Source: an uncultured Clostridia bacterium (GTDB taxonomy: Bacteria > Bacillota > Clostridia > Christensenellales > UBA1242). From it: a stretch of 64,000 nt of DNA. Shown one piece after another: positions 7,973 to 17,434 of this stretch. The stretch's first letter is position 1; the number at the start of each line of letters is the position of its first letter. Both the position numbers and the translations under genes were made by a program. The notes below the pieces were generated by a model, which saw only the letters and a list, made by a program, of their open reading frames with translations, did not search any database and had not been told where the DNA came from. The stretch spans positions 92,977 to 156,976 of the forward strand of contig CAKVNM010000001.1 in the NCBI GenBank assembly GCA_934777505.1. The letters are read 5' to 3'.

Positions 7973-10102
7973 ATGAATTTATTAGTTATAGAAAGTACAG
8001 GTAAGGAAGATTCAATCAAAAGATATTTGGGCAAAGATTGGGAAGTTTTTGCAACAAAAGGTCATGTTAGGGATTTGCCAGAAAAATCCTTTGGACTTGA
8101 TGCAAAAAACAATTTTGAACCAAATTATATAATCATGCCCGACAAAGAGCAGGTTGTAAAAAAACTTAGAGAAAAGGCTAAAAAGTCAAACAAAGTTTAT
8201 CTTGCAACCGACCCTGATAGAGAAGGCGAAGCAATCTCGTGGCACTTGGCATATTTGCTTGGCTACGACAAAGACGCAGTGTGCAGAGTTGAGTTTAACG
8301 AAATCACACGAGATGTCATTTTAAAAGCACTCGAAAAACCACGAACAATCAATCAAGACCTTGTTAACGCTCAGCAAGCAAGGCGTGTGCTAGACAGAAT
8401 TGTGGGTTATAAAATTTCTCCAATACTATGCAAAAAAATAACAAAAAATCTTAGTGCAGGTAGAGTTCAAAGTGTTGCCCTAAAACTTGTTGTAGACAGG
8501 GAAAGAGAAATCTTGAACTTTAAGCCAGAAGAATATTGGACAATCAAGGCAGAACTTGAAAAACCAAACGAAAAGCCAACATTCAAAGCACTTTTGCACT
8601 CTTGCAAAGGCAAGAAAGTCAAGATTGCCAACGCCAGTCAAAAAGACGAAATCGTTGCTAAACTTGGCGAAAATCCTTTTGTTGTAAAATCGGTAAAAAA
8701 ACAAATTAGCAAGTCGCACGCACCAGCACCTTTCATTACAAGTACTATGCAACAAGATGCGTCCAATAAACTCAATTTTACTTCTAGCATGACCACAAAA
8801 GTGGCTCAGGAACTATACGAAGGTGTTAACCTTGGCGAAGAAGGAAAAGTGGCTCTTGTAACATATATCCGTACTGACTCGGTTAGAGTTAGCGAAGTTG
8901 CACAAGCATCAGCAAAAAAATATATTACAGAAAAATATGGCAAGGAATACTTCCCAAGCAAGCCAAATATTTATAAAACCAAAGGCAACGCACAAGACGC
9001 CCACGAAGCAATCCGTCCAACACACATTGAACGCACCCCAGAAAGCATCAAGCCTTTTGTAAAGCCAGAATGTTACAAACTTTACAAATTGATTTATGAA
9101 AGATTTTTGGCAAGCCAAATGAGCGAAGCATTGTATGACCAAGTTACTTGCGAAGTTCAAAATGGCGACTATGTTTTCAAAGTTACAGGAAAAACAAGCA
9201 AATTTTTGGGCTTTACAGCAGTATATCAAACATATAAAGAAAAAGACGAAAACGAAGACACTGCAAAACTTCCAAACCTTGAACAAAACGATGTTTTGAA
9301 CCTTTTAAATCTAATTCCAGAGCAAAAATACACAAAACCAACTCCAAGATACACCGAAGCTACACTCAACGCCGAAATGGAACAAAACGGAATTGGCAGA
9401 CCAGCAACATATAGTGCAATTTTTAGCGTGTTATATTTTAGAAAGTATGTTGAACGAGAAGGTAAGTCCTTAAAGCCAACCGAACTTGGATTTAAGGTTA
9501 ACGATATGCTTCAAAAGTACTTTGCAGATATCATGAATGTTGATTTTACTTCCAATATGGAAAGCAAACTTGACGAAATTGCCGAAGGACAAAAAGAATG
9601 GCATCAAGTTGTAAGCGGATTTTATCAAGATTTGCTTCCCGAACTTAGAAACGCCAATTTGGACAGAGAGCCAAAAGAACAAAAGATTTATGAAGTGAGC
9701 AATGTTCAGTGCTCAAAATGTGGAGCAATGATGGTCTACAAGGAAGGTAGATATGGAAAATTCCTTGCTTGTCCAAACTATCCAAAATGCAAAAATATTC
9801 AAAGCATTAATCCTTTAAAAGTTGTTGGAAAATGTCCAAAATGTGGCAAAAATCTTTATGAACGCAAAACCAAAAAAGGCACAAACTACTATGCTTGCGA
9901 AGACTCAAAAGAGTGCAAGTTTATGTCGTGGGATTTGCCTTTGAACGAAGAATGTCCAAAGTGCGGTTGCTATCTTTTGGACCGCAAAACCAAGTTTAGT
10001 GAGTTCAAAAAATGTTCAAACCCAGATTGTGACTACTTTGAAAAATTGCCATTAGCAAAAACGACTGAGCAAACGCAAGACGATGCAACTCAGCAAGATT
10101 AG
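7973..10102 (+). CDS. topA: DNA topoisomerase I
   Basis: TOPRIM domain (LVIESTGK, ATDPDREGEAISWH), active-site region YIRTDS, and C-terminal Cys4 zinc ribbons. Confidence 0.97.
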   Translation: MNLLVIESTGKEDSIKRYLGKDWEVFATKGHVRDLPEKSFGLDAKNNFEPNYIIMPDKEQVVKKLREKAKKSNKVYLATDPDREGEAISWHLAYLLGYDKDAVCRVEFNEITRDVILKALEKPRTINQDLVNAQQARRVLDRIVGYKISPILCKKITKNLSAGRVQSVALKLVVDREREILNFKPEEYWTIKAELEKPNEKPTFKALLHSCKGKKVKIANASQKDEIVAKLGENPFVVKSVKKQISKSHAPAPFITSTMQQDASNKLNFTSSMTTKVAQELYEGVNLGEEGKVALVTYIRTDSVRVSEVAQASAKKYITEKYGKEYFPSKPNIYKTKGNAQDAHEAIRPTHIERTPESIKPFVKPECYKLYKLIYERFLASQMSEALYDQVTCEVQNGDYVFKVTGKTSKFLGFTAVYQTYKEKDENEDTAKLPNLEQNDVLNLLNLIPEQKYTKPTPRYTEATLNAEMEQNGIGRPATYSAIFSVLYFRKYVEREGKSLKPTELGFKVNDMLQKYFADIMNVDFTSNMESKLDEIAEGQKEWHQVVSGFYQDLLPELRNANLDREPKEQKIYEVSNVQCSKCGAMMVYKEGRYGKFLACPNYPKCKNIQSINPLKVVGKCPKCGKNLYERKTKKGTNYYACEDSKECKFMSWDLPLNEECPKCGCYLLDRKTKFSEFKKCSNPDCDYFEKLPLAKTTEQTQDDATQQD

Positions 10103-10114
10103 TAAAATAAAAAA

Positions 10115-10138
10115 AGATGGAAAAACACCATCTTTTTT
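10115..10138 (+). terminator. Rho-independent terminator after topA
   Basis: Stem AGATGG/CCATCT, then T6. Confidence 0.85.
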
Positions 10139-10158
10139 GTTTGTTTTTAAACTTTTTT

Positions 10159-10173
10159 TGATATAATCAAAGC
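10159..10173 (+). promoter_or_regulatory. Extended -10 promoter giving a leaderless trmFO mRNA
   Basis: TGaTATAAT (-10 at 10162-10167), 6 nt, then ATG at 10174. No SD. The -35 is weak. Confidence 0.5.
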
Positions 10174-11478
10174 ATGGAAAAAATAGTAAATGTTATCGGT
10201 GCAGGATTGGCGGGAAGCGAGTGTGCATATCAACTTGCCAAGGCGGGAATAAAAGTTAGGCTCTACGAGCAAAAGCCTGTCAAATTTTCGCCTGCACACA
10301 CCAACAAAAATTTTGCTGAACTTGTGTGTTCAAACTCACTTAAAAGCAACGAACTCACAAATGCTTGCGGTCTTTTAAAACAAGAAATGCGACTTCTTGA
10401 CAGTTTGATTATAAAGGTTGCAGACAGAACCAGTGTGCCAGCGGGTTCGGCTCTTTCGGTCGATAGGGAACTGTTTGCGGAGCAAATAACAAACGAGTTA
10501 AAGGCAAATCCAAACATACAAATCATTAACGAATGCGTGACGGAACTTAACCCTGACGAAATCACAGTTGTTGCAACAGGTCCGCTCACAGACGAAGTTT
10601 TGGCAAAAAATCTTGCAAAAATGATTGGCGAAGAAAGTTTGTATTTTTTTGATGCGGCAGCACCAATTGTTAGTTTGAAAAGTCTTGATGAAAATCGTTA
10701 TTTTGTTGGAAACAGATACGACAAAACAGACTCTCCTGATAATAGTGGCGATTATGTTAATTGCACCATGACAAAAGAAGAATATGATGTGTTTTATCAA
10801 GAACTTATCAACGCAAAGACGGTGGAACTCAAAGACTTTGAAAACAAAAAGGTTTTTGAAAGTTGTATGCCAGTTGAAGTTATGGCAAAGCGTGGCTATA
10901 AAACCTTGCTTTTTGGAATGTTAAAACCAGTTGGCTTGTTTGACAAAAAGCATAACATGAAGTCTTACGCTGTGTTGCAACTACGAAAAGAAAGCAATTT
11001 TAGCGACCTATACAACATGGTGGGCTTTCAAACAAATCTGCTATTTGGCGAGCAAAAGCGAATATTTTCACTAATCCCAGCACTCAAAAATGCTGAGTTT
11101 GTTAAGTATGGCGTCATGCACAAAAACACATACCTAAACGCACCAAAAGTCATCAACGACCTTTATCAACTAAAATGCAACAAAAACATATATATTGCAG
11201 GACAGTTGTCGGGCGTGGAAGGCTATGTTGAAAGTGTGGCAAGCGGACTCAATGTTGCACTCAACATTATTCAAAGACTAAACGGAAAGTTGGAGCAAAA
11301 ATTTTCATCGCAAACGGCCATTGGCTCGCTCATAAACTATATCGCTAACGCTAGTCCAGTTTATTTTCAGCCAATGAACTCAAATTGGGGAATTATCACA
11401 AAACAAGCAGGAGATAGCAAGGAAGATATGGCAAAAACGGCACTAAATGAGATTGAGTCTTACAAGCAAAATTTGTAG
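10174..11478 (+). CDS. trmFO: Methylenetetrahydrofolate--tRNA-(uracil54-C5)-methyltransferase TrmFO (Gid)
   Basis: VIGAGLAGSECAYQ FAD-binding motif. 434 aa. Follows topA. Confidence 0.95.
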   Translation: MEKIVNVIGAGLAGSECAYQLAKAGIKVRLYEQKPVKFSPAHTNKNFAELVCSNSLKSNELTNACGLLKQEMRLLDSLIIKVADRTSVPAGSALSVDRELFAEQITNELKANPNIQIINECVTELNPDEITVVATGPLTDEVLAKNLAKMIGEESLYFFDAAAPIVSLKSLDENRYFVGNRYDKTDSPDNSGDYVNCTMTKEEYDVFYQELINAKTVELKDFENKKVFESCMPVEVMAKRGYKTLLFGMLKPVGLFDKKHNMKSYAVLQLRKESNFSDLYNMVGFQTNLLFGEQKRIFSLIPALKNAEFVKYGVMHKNTYLNAPKVINDLYQLKCNKNIYIAGQLSGVEGYVESVASGLNVALNIIQRLNGKLEQKFSSQTAIGSLINYIANASPVYFQPMNSNWGIITKQAGDSKEDMAKTALNEIESYKQNL

Positions 11479-11584
11479 AAACTTTAAAAAAAATTAGCAA
11501 TTAAACGCTTAAAGTGCTAAAAATTAATATACAAATTTGATTTATGTGATATAATTAGTTTGTATTTCAAAAATAGGAGAGATT

Positions 11585-12121
11585 ATGGAACAATTTAGAG
11601 GAACAACAATATGTGCAGTCAAAAAAGATGGAGTTACTGCTATTGCTGGCGATGGTCAGGTTACAATGGGTCAAAACTCAATCATGAAAAATGACGCAGT
11701 AAAAGTTAGAAGAATATATAACGACAAAGTGGTTGTTGGATTTGCAGGCGGAGTTGCTGATGCATTTTCATTATCCAGCAGATTTGAAGAACTACTTAAC
11801 AAATTTTCGGGTAATTTGATGCGTAGTGCAGTCGAACTTGCAATTCAGTTTAGAACAGACGAAATCGCAAGAAAACTTGAAGCATTAATGATTGTTGCCG
11901 ACCACGACAATTTGTTTGTTATCAGCGGTAACGGCGAAGTTTTAGCACCAGAGAATGGTGTTGTTGCAATCGGCAGTGGCGGTAACTATGCTTTTGCTAG
12001 TGCCAAGGCATTAAAGGAAAACACAGACTTGTCTGCAAGAGAAATTGCTTATAAGTCACTAAAAATCGCAAGTGAAATTTGTATTTTCACAAACGACCAT
12101 ATAACAGTTGAGGAGGTTTAA
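11585..12121 (+). CDS. hslV: ATP-dependent protease subunit HslV
   Basis: GTTICAVKKDG at the N-terminus and the GSGGNYA motif. Confidence 0.95.
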   Translation: MEQFRGTTICAVKKDGVTAIAGDGQVTMGQNSIMKNDAVKVRRIYNDKVVVGFAGGVADAFSLSSRFEELLNKFSGNLMRSAVELAIQFRTDEIARKLEALMIVADHDNLFVISGNGEVLAPENGVVAIGSGGNYAFASAKALKENTDLSAREIAYKSLKIASEICIFTNDHITVEEV

Positions 12122-12122
12122 T

Positions 12123-13430
12123 ATGGATTTAACACCAAGACAAATAGTTGACGAACTTGACAAGTATATTATCGGTCAAAGTCAAGCAAAAAAGGCAGTT
12201 GCTGTTGCATTAAGAAACAGATATAGAAGAAGCAAGTTGCCACAAGAACTCATGGACGACATCACTCCAAAAAATATCATCATGCGTGGACCAACAGGTG
12301 TTGGTAAAACAGAAATTGCAAGAAGACTTGCAAAACTTGTAAAAGCCCCATTTGTAAAAGTAGAAGCCACAAAATTCACCGAAGTTGGTTATGTTGGCAG
12401 AGATTGCGAAAGCATGATTCGTGACCTTGTTGAAGTATCGGTTAGAATGGTCAAGGAAGAAAAGCGTCACGAAGTTGAAAAGAAAGCCGAGCAAATCGCT
12501 TTTGACAGAATTTTCAAAGAAATCTATCTTCAAAAGAAGCAAGAAAATGTTGAAGATGTAGCCAAAGAAAAAGAGCGTATCATGACCGCCCTAAAAAACG
12601 GCGAATACGACAACGACATGATAGAAATAGATGTGCTAGATGCTCCAAAAAATGTTGAAATGATTGCTGGAATTGGCGGAGATTTGAGCATTGGCAACAT
12701 TTTTGAAGGTATTTTCCCACAAAAGAAAAAGCGTAGAAAAATTGCCATAAAAGAAGCAAAAAATCTTATCATAACCGAAGAAAGTGACAAGTTGATTGAT
12801 AATGACGGAGTTAACAGCGAAGCAATCAAAAGAGCCGAGCAAGAAGGTATTATTTTTATTGACGAAATCGACAAAATTGCTGCCAAAGGAAATTCTAGCA
12901 ACCAAGATGTGTCAAGAGAAGGCGTGCAAAGAGATATCTTGCCATTTGTTGAAGGAACAAGCGTTCAAACCAAGTATGGAATTATCAAAACAGACTATAT
13001 TTTGTTTATCGCAGCGGGTGCATTCCATGTTGCAAAAATGGAAGACTTAATCCCAGAACTGCAAGGCAGATTTCCAATTATCGTGGAACTTGACAACTTG
13101 ACTCATGAAGAATTTTTTAGAATTTTGAAAGAGCCAAAAAACGCAATAATCAAGCAGTACACCGAACTACTTAAAGTTGATAACATCGACCTAGAATTTA
13201 CGGACGATGCTCTTGAAGAAATCGCATATGTTGCCGAGCAAGAAAACGACACAAGCGAAAATATTGGAGCAAGACGACTCCACACAATCATGGAAAAGAT
13301 TTTGCAAGAACTTTCGTTTGATGCAAGTGGAGATTATCCAGAAACAAAGGTTAAAATCGACAAGGCGTATGTTGACAAAATTCTCAAACTAGAAAACAAA
13401 AAATATGACCTTAAAAAGTATATTTTGTAG
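12123..13430 (+). CDS. hslU: ATP-dependent protease ATPase subunit HslU
   Basis: LTPRQIVDELDKYIIGQ and Walker A GPTGVGKTEIARRLA. GAGGAGG SD before the ATG at 12123. Confidence 0.95.
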   Translation: MDLTPRQIVDELDKYIIGQSQAKKAVAVALRNRYRRSKLPQELMDDITPKNIIMRGPTGVGKTEIARRLAKLVKAPFVKVEATKFTEVGYVGRDCESMIRDLVEVSVRMVKEEKRHEVEKKAEQIAFDRIFKEIYLQKKQENVEDVAKEKERIMTALKNGEYDNDMIEIDVLDAPKNVEMIAGIGGDLSIGNIFEGIFPQKKKRRKIAIKEAKNLIITEESDKLIDNDGVNSEAIKRAEQEGIIFIDEIDKIAAKGNSSNQDVSREGVQRDILPFVEGTSVQTKYGIIKTDYILFIAAGAFHVAKMEDLIPELQGRFPIIVELDNLTHEEFFRILKEPKNAIIKQYTELLKVDNIDLEFTDDALEEIAYVAEQENDTSENIGARRLHTIMEKILQELSFDASGDYPETKVKIDKAYVDKILKLENKKYDLKKYIL

Positions 13431-13439
13431 GGGTTAAAG

Positions 13440-14114
13440 ATGGGAATGTTAGACAGAGCCGAAATCATTTTAAAGCAAGACGGAATAAGCAAACTAAAAA
13501 ACTCAAAAGTCATCGTGTTTGGCGTTGGCGGAGTGGGTGGATATGTTTGCGAAATGCTCGTTAGAACTGGCGTTGGAAGCATAACGCTTGTTGACTTTGA
13601 TGTTGTTAGCGACAGCAATCTAAACAGACAAATTATTGCCCTAAATTCCACACTTGGCAAGCCAAAAGTTGAGTGCATGAAAGATAGAATTTTGGATATC
13701 AATCCAAATTGCAATGTAACAATTTTTAACAGCAAACTTTTGCCTGAAAATTTGGAAAGTTTTAATCTTAATGGTTACGATTATGTTGTTGATTGCATTG
13801 ATATGGTCACAAGCAAAATTGCGCTCATAAAATACTGCTTTGATAACAATGTGAACATTATTTCTAGCATGGGAACAGGCAATAAAAGCGGGATTCCAAA
13901 CTTTAAGGTCTGTGATTTATTCCAAACAAAATATGACAAACTCGCAAAAGTTTTAAGGCACGAACTTAAAAAAAGGGGAGTTACGCATCACACGGTGGTG
14001 TGCAGTGACGAACAGCCACTAAAAAGCACGGGAACGGTTGGCTCGCTGGTTTATTATCCAGCCATGAGTGGTTGCGTTTTGTCCGCCTATGTTATCAAAG
14101 AACTTACAAAATAG
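13440..14114 (+). CDS. tcdA: ThiF/MoeB-family protein, probably tRNA ct6A dehydratase TcdA
   Basis: VFGVGGVGGY nucleotide-binding loop and DFDVVSDSNLNRQ. Confidence 0.8.
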   Translation: MGMLDRAEIILKQDGISKLKNSKVIVFGVGGVGGYVCEMLVRTGVGSITLVDFDVVSDSNLNRQIIALNSTLGKPKVECMKDRILDINPNCNVTIFNSKLLPENLESFNLNGYDYVVDCIDMVTSKIALIKYCFDNNVNIISSMGTGNKSGIPNFKVCDLFQTKYDKLAKVLRHELKKRGVTHHTVVCSDEQPLKSTGTVGSLVYYPAMSGCVLSAYVIKELTK

Positions 14115-14171
14115 ATTTTTATAGCAAATAATTTGAAAAATATTTGGCAAAATAAATTTAAGGAGAAAAAT

Positions 14172-14486
14172 ATGGAAGTAATTAATTTTAACCAAGAAAG
14201 TTTTAAAGACGCTCTTGCAAGCAAAAAAAGAGTGTTAGTTGACTTTTATGCAAAGTGGTGCGGACCATGCAAAATGCTTTCACCAATCATTGAAGAAATT
14301 GCAAGCGAATCCACCGATGAAAACTTGATTATTGGCAAACTTGATGTTGACGATTGCTTTGATATCGCAAGAAGTTACGGCGTTTTGAGCGTTCCAACGC
14401 TCATTTTGTTCGACCATAGCGGAGAAGAATCAAAACGAAGCATTGGATTAAAGCCAAAACAAGCAATTATTGATATGTTAAAATAA
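14172..14486 (+). CDS. trxA: Thioredoxin
   Basis: WCGPC active site. AAGGAG SD before the ATG at 14172. Confidence 0.9.
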   Translation: MEVINFNQESFKDALASKKRVLVDFYAKWCGPCKMLSPIIEEIASESTDENLIIGKLDVDDCFDIARSYGVLSVPTLILFDHSGEESKRSIGLKPKQAIIDMLK

Positions 14487-14494
14487 AAACAAAA

Positions 14495-14523
14495 AGGACA
14501 TGAAAAATGTTCTTTTTTTGTGC
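14495..14523 (+). terminator. Rho-independent terminator after trxA
   Basis: Stem GGACAT/ATGTTC, then T7 and GTGC. Confidence 0.8.
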
Positions 14524-14543
14524 TACTATTTTTTATATTAATA

Positions 14544-14572
14544 TTGACAAAGCGGTTTTATAATGTTAAAAT
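14544..14572 (+). promoter_or_regulatory. Sigma-A-type promoter of the NifS/NifU-like pair
   Basis: TTGACA, 17 nt, TGtTAAAAT. Confidence 0.6.
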
Positions 14573-14605
14573 TTATGTGAAATTTTTAGTGCAAGGAGAT
14601 AGTTA

Positions 14606-15760
14606 ATGGACAAAAAAATATACTTAGACAGTGCTTCAACAACATATATTAACAGTGAAGTACTCGCCGAAATGATGCCTGTTTTAACATCACAAATGGG
14701 CGCTCTTGACGGAATAAACAGTTTTTCAAGAGAGTCTAACGAACTTGTTTCAAAGGCAAGAAGAAGACTAGCCAAAGCCATTGGTGCTAGGTCGAGCGAA
14801 ATTCACTTTACTTCAAGTGCATCTCAGGCAAACAAAATGGCAATCATAGGACTTGCTCACGCAAATCAAGACAAAGGCAAACACATTATCACATCAAAAG
14901 TGGAAGATTTGTCGATTCTAAGTGCGTGCAAGCAACTCGAAAGCGAAGGCTTTAAGGTTACATACATTCCAGTTGATGACAAGGGTGTTATCAAACTTAG
15001 CAGTTTGATGCATGAAATCAAAAAAGATACAATTTTGGTTAGTATGCAAATTGCAAACGGCGATGTTGGAACAATCCAAAACTTGAATGCAATCGCAAGA
15101 ACTGTTAAGGAAAGAGATATCATTTTCCACTGCGATGCAACTTTTGCTTTTGGAAATATTAATCTTGATGTTAGAGATTTGAACATTGATGCAATGACAA
15201 TTTCTTCAAATCAAATCTACGGACCAAACGCTGGTGCTTTGTATGTTAAGAAAGAAGTAAAATTTGAAAACGAACTTGGTGACGAATCTCAAAGTGTTGC
15301 AAACATTGTTGGATTTGGCAAAGCAGTTGAACTTGCTTCTCAAAACATCACAATCAACGCTCAAAAAACTAGAAGTTTGAGAGAATACTTTAACAAAAAG
15401 GTTATGGAAAGCATAGAAGATGTACATATTATCGGTCATGCTCATCAAAGACTTCCAAATATTTCAACATTAAGTTTTGAATTTGTCAACGCAGAACCAC
15501 TTGCTTATATGCTTGATATGGAAGGAATTGCAGTAAAAGCATACAGTGCTTGTCTTGACAAAAACTTGAAAGCAAATCATGTTTTGACAGCAATGGACTT
15601 AAACCCACAACTTTTGAATACAGTTATTAGATTTTCTTTTGCGAAAAATATCACAAGAGAAGAAATTGACTATGTTGTGGAAAAATTAGTAAAGATTGTT
15701 AAAAAATTAAGGGAAATATCACCACTTCACATTTCAGTGGTAGAAAAGGAGAGTAAATAA
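14606..15760 (+). CDS. Cysteine desulfurase (NifS/IscS)-like protein with degenerate active site
   Basis: Class-V aminotransferase fold is alignable throughout. The SxHK PLP-lysine motif reads SSNQIYGP, DAVQ reads DATF, and the IEH histidine reads VED. The SAC cysteine loop is retained. Confidence 0.8.
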   Translation: MDKKIYLDSASTTYINSEVLAEMMPVLTSQMGALDGINSFSRESNELVSKARRRLAKAIGARSSEIHFTSSASQANKMAIIGLAHANQDKGKHIITSKVEDLSILSACKQLESEGFKVTYIPVDDKGVIKLSSLMHEIKKDTILVSMQIANGDVGTIQNLNAIARTVKERDIIFHCDATFAFGNINLDVRDLNIDAMTISSNQIYGPNAGALYVKKEVKFENELGDESQSVANIVGFGKAVELASQNITINAQKTRSLREYFNKKVMESIEDVHIIGHAHQRLPNISTLSFEFVNAEPLAYMLDMEGIAVKAYSACLDKNLKANHVLTAMDLNPQLLNTVIRFSFAKNITREEIDYVVEKLVKIVKKLREISPLHISVVEKESK

Positions 15761-16215
15761 TGTATAACGCAAAATTTTTGGATATTTTTCAACAAGTTTC
15801 TAACTATGGTCTTTTAAGAGGTGCAAACGCTATTGGTGTTGCCACAGACGAAAACACTGGCGATATTGTAAAACTTTACTTAAAAATCGAAAACGGCATG
15901 ATTTTGGATTCCAAATTCAAAGCATTTGGCTCAATCAACACAATCGTTTTGGTAGACAAAGTTAGTTCAATTTTGGCTAACAATTCAGTTGGTGATGCAA
16001 GAAAAATCACTCCAACTCAAATTGGTTCATATTTTGACGATATTCAAGTTAGCAGTGACTATGCAAAAAATTTGGTTTATTGTGCAATTAATCTTGCTCT
16101 TGATGACTACGAAGAAACTTTAAGAAAAGAACAAATCAAACAACTCAAAGCCGAAGGAAAAGAAATTCCAGAAGACTTGAAAAAGCCAAGAAATAACAAA
16201 ACTTATGTGCTATAA
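15760..16215 (+). CDS. IscU/NifU-like scaffold homologue lacking two of three cluster cysteines
   Basis: Alignable to IscU. CGD reads TGD, FGC reads FGS, and only the third Cys (LVYCA) is kept. Translationally coupled (TAATG) to the NifS-like gene. Confidence 0.75.
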   Translation: MYNAKFLDIFQQVSNYGLLRGANAIGVATDENTGDIVKLYLKIENGMILDSKFKAFGSINTIVLVDKVSSILANNSVGDARKITPTQIGSYFDDIQVSSDYAKNLVYCAINLALDDYEETLRKEQIKQLKAEGKEIPEDLKKPRNNKTYVL

Positions 16216-16294
16216 TTTCTAATTTTTTCCAATTTTTATCGTCATAGACTTAGGATTAATGACGCAAACTAATATTGAATTAGGGAGGGTTATT

Positions 16295-16432
16295 ATGTTA
16301 GATGATAAATTGTTAATTGGAATGGCTCTTGGCTTTATTGTTGGAGCAATCGTTGTTCATAGTAGCAAAAAGATGCAACAAGCCATCGACCAAGGCAAAG
16401 AAATTATAAAAGACAAAATCGAACAAATGTAA
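16295..16432 (+). CDS. Small membrane protein (45 aa), not in the ORF track
   Basis: GGGAGGG SD 7 nt before the ATG. One TM helix (LLIGMALGFIVGAIVV) plus a charged tail. A terminator follows immediately. Confidence 0.45.
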   Translation: MLDDKLLIGMALGFIVGAIVVHSSKKMQQAIDQGKEIIKDKIEQM

Positions 16433-16439
16433 GAAAAAA

Positions 16440-16466
16440 GTGCATATAGTTGCACTTTTTTTGTGC
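16440..16466 (+). terminator. Rho-independent terminator
   Basis: Stem GTGCA/TGCAC, then T7 and GTGC. Confidence 0.85.
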
Positions 16467-16577
16467 AAAGAACACAGCCATAACAGATTTTGACGAAAAC
16501 GAAAAATAATTATTTGTTTTGCTTAAAAATAGGTTGCAAATTTGCCAAATTATGCTAAAATGATATTGGAGATTTGC

Positions 16578-16988
16578 ATGAAGAAAATAGGACTGGATTT
16601 GGGAAAGGCAAGAGTCGGTGTTGCCATGAGCGATATTTTGGGAATACTCGCTAGTCCCTTTGAAACTTGGCAGTCAAAAGGCCTAGAAAGAGATGCCGAG
16701 CATATCGCACAACTCGTCAAAGATTATAATGCAGATGTTGTTGTGTGCGGATTGCCACTAAATATGGACAATACTGAAAGTTTTATGACTCAGTATGCCA
16801 AAGATTTTGTCCAGTGCTTACAGCAAAAAGTTGATGTCAAAATTGTTTTGCAAGACGAAAGATTAACATCAGTCGAAGCAGAAGAATATTTGAATCAAAC
16901 AAACACTCGTGGAAAAAAACGCAAGGCAGTCTTGGACCAAGTTTCCGCTTGTATTATTTTGCAAACATATCTTGATGCAAACAATTAG
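16578..16988 (+). CDS. ruvX: Putative pre-16S rRNA nuclease / Holliday junction resolvase-like RuvX (YqgF)
   Basis: MKKIGLDLGKARVGVAMSD N-terminus. GGAG SD. Confidence 0.9.
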   Translation: MKKIGLDLGKARVGVAMSDILGILASPFETWQSKGLERDAEHIAQLVKDYNADVVVCGLPLNMDNTESFMTQYAKDFVQCLQQKVDVKIVLQDERLTSVEAEEYLNQTNTRGKKRKAVLDQVSACIILQTYLDANN

Positions 16989-17003
16989 GAGGTTATTATT
17001 AAC

Positions 17004-17321
17004 ATGGAAGAAAAAGACCCAATCGAGGCATTATTAGACCCTCAAAACACAGAAAATATTATTTTGTATGATGAAAACGATAAGGCAGTTGAATTTGAGC
17101 AAATCGCTCTTATTCCACTTAACAATTCAGTTTATTGCATTTTAAAACCAGTTGAAAAAATGGAAGATGTTGCCGAAGACGAAGCCGTTGTTTTTGAACT
17201 TGTTGACGATGCAGAAAATGGCGATGTTTTGAATATCGTTATGGAAGAAGAAGTTGCTCAACAAGTATTCGATGAATACAAAAAAATGATTGAAGCCGAA
17301 GACGAAGGAAAAGACAAGTAA
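17004..17321 (+). CDS. DUF1292 family protein (YrzB-like)
   Basis: Acidic 105-aa protein with ILYDENDKAVEFEQIALIPL. Conserved partner downstream of ruvX. Confidence 0.8.
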   Translation: MEEKDPIEALLDPQNTENIILYDENDKAVEFEQIALIPLNNSVYCILKPVEKMEDVAEDEAVVFELVDDAENGDVLNIVMEEEVAQQVFDEYKKMIEAEDEGKDK

Positions 17322-17332
17322 GAAAATTTTAA

Positions 17333-17360
17333 GCATCACAAGTGTGATGCTTTTTTTGTG
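17333..17360 (+). terminator. Rho-independent terminator
   Basis: Stem GCATCAC/GTGATGC, then T7 and GTGA. Confidence 0.85.
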
Positions 17361-17405
17361 AAGAAAAAAATATTTTTACATTGTAAAGAAAGTTTAAAAA
17401 AATTA

Positions 17406-17434
17406 TTGCTTTAAATCAAAATATATGATATTAT
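17406..17434 (+). promoter_or_regulatory. Sigma-A-type promoter of rpsB-tsf
   Basis: TTGCTT, 17 nt, TGaTATTAT. Confidence 0.6.
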
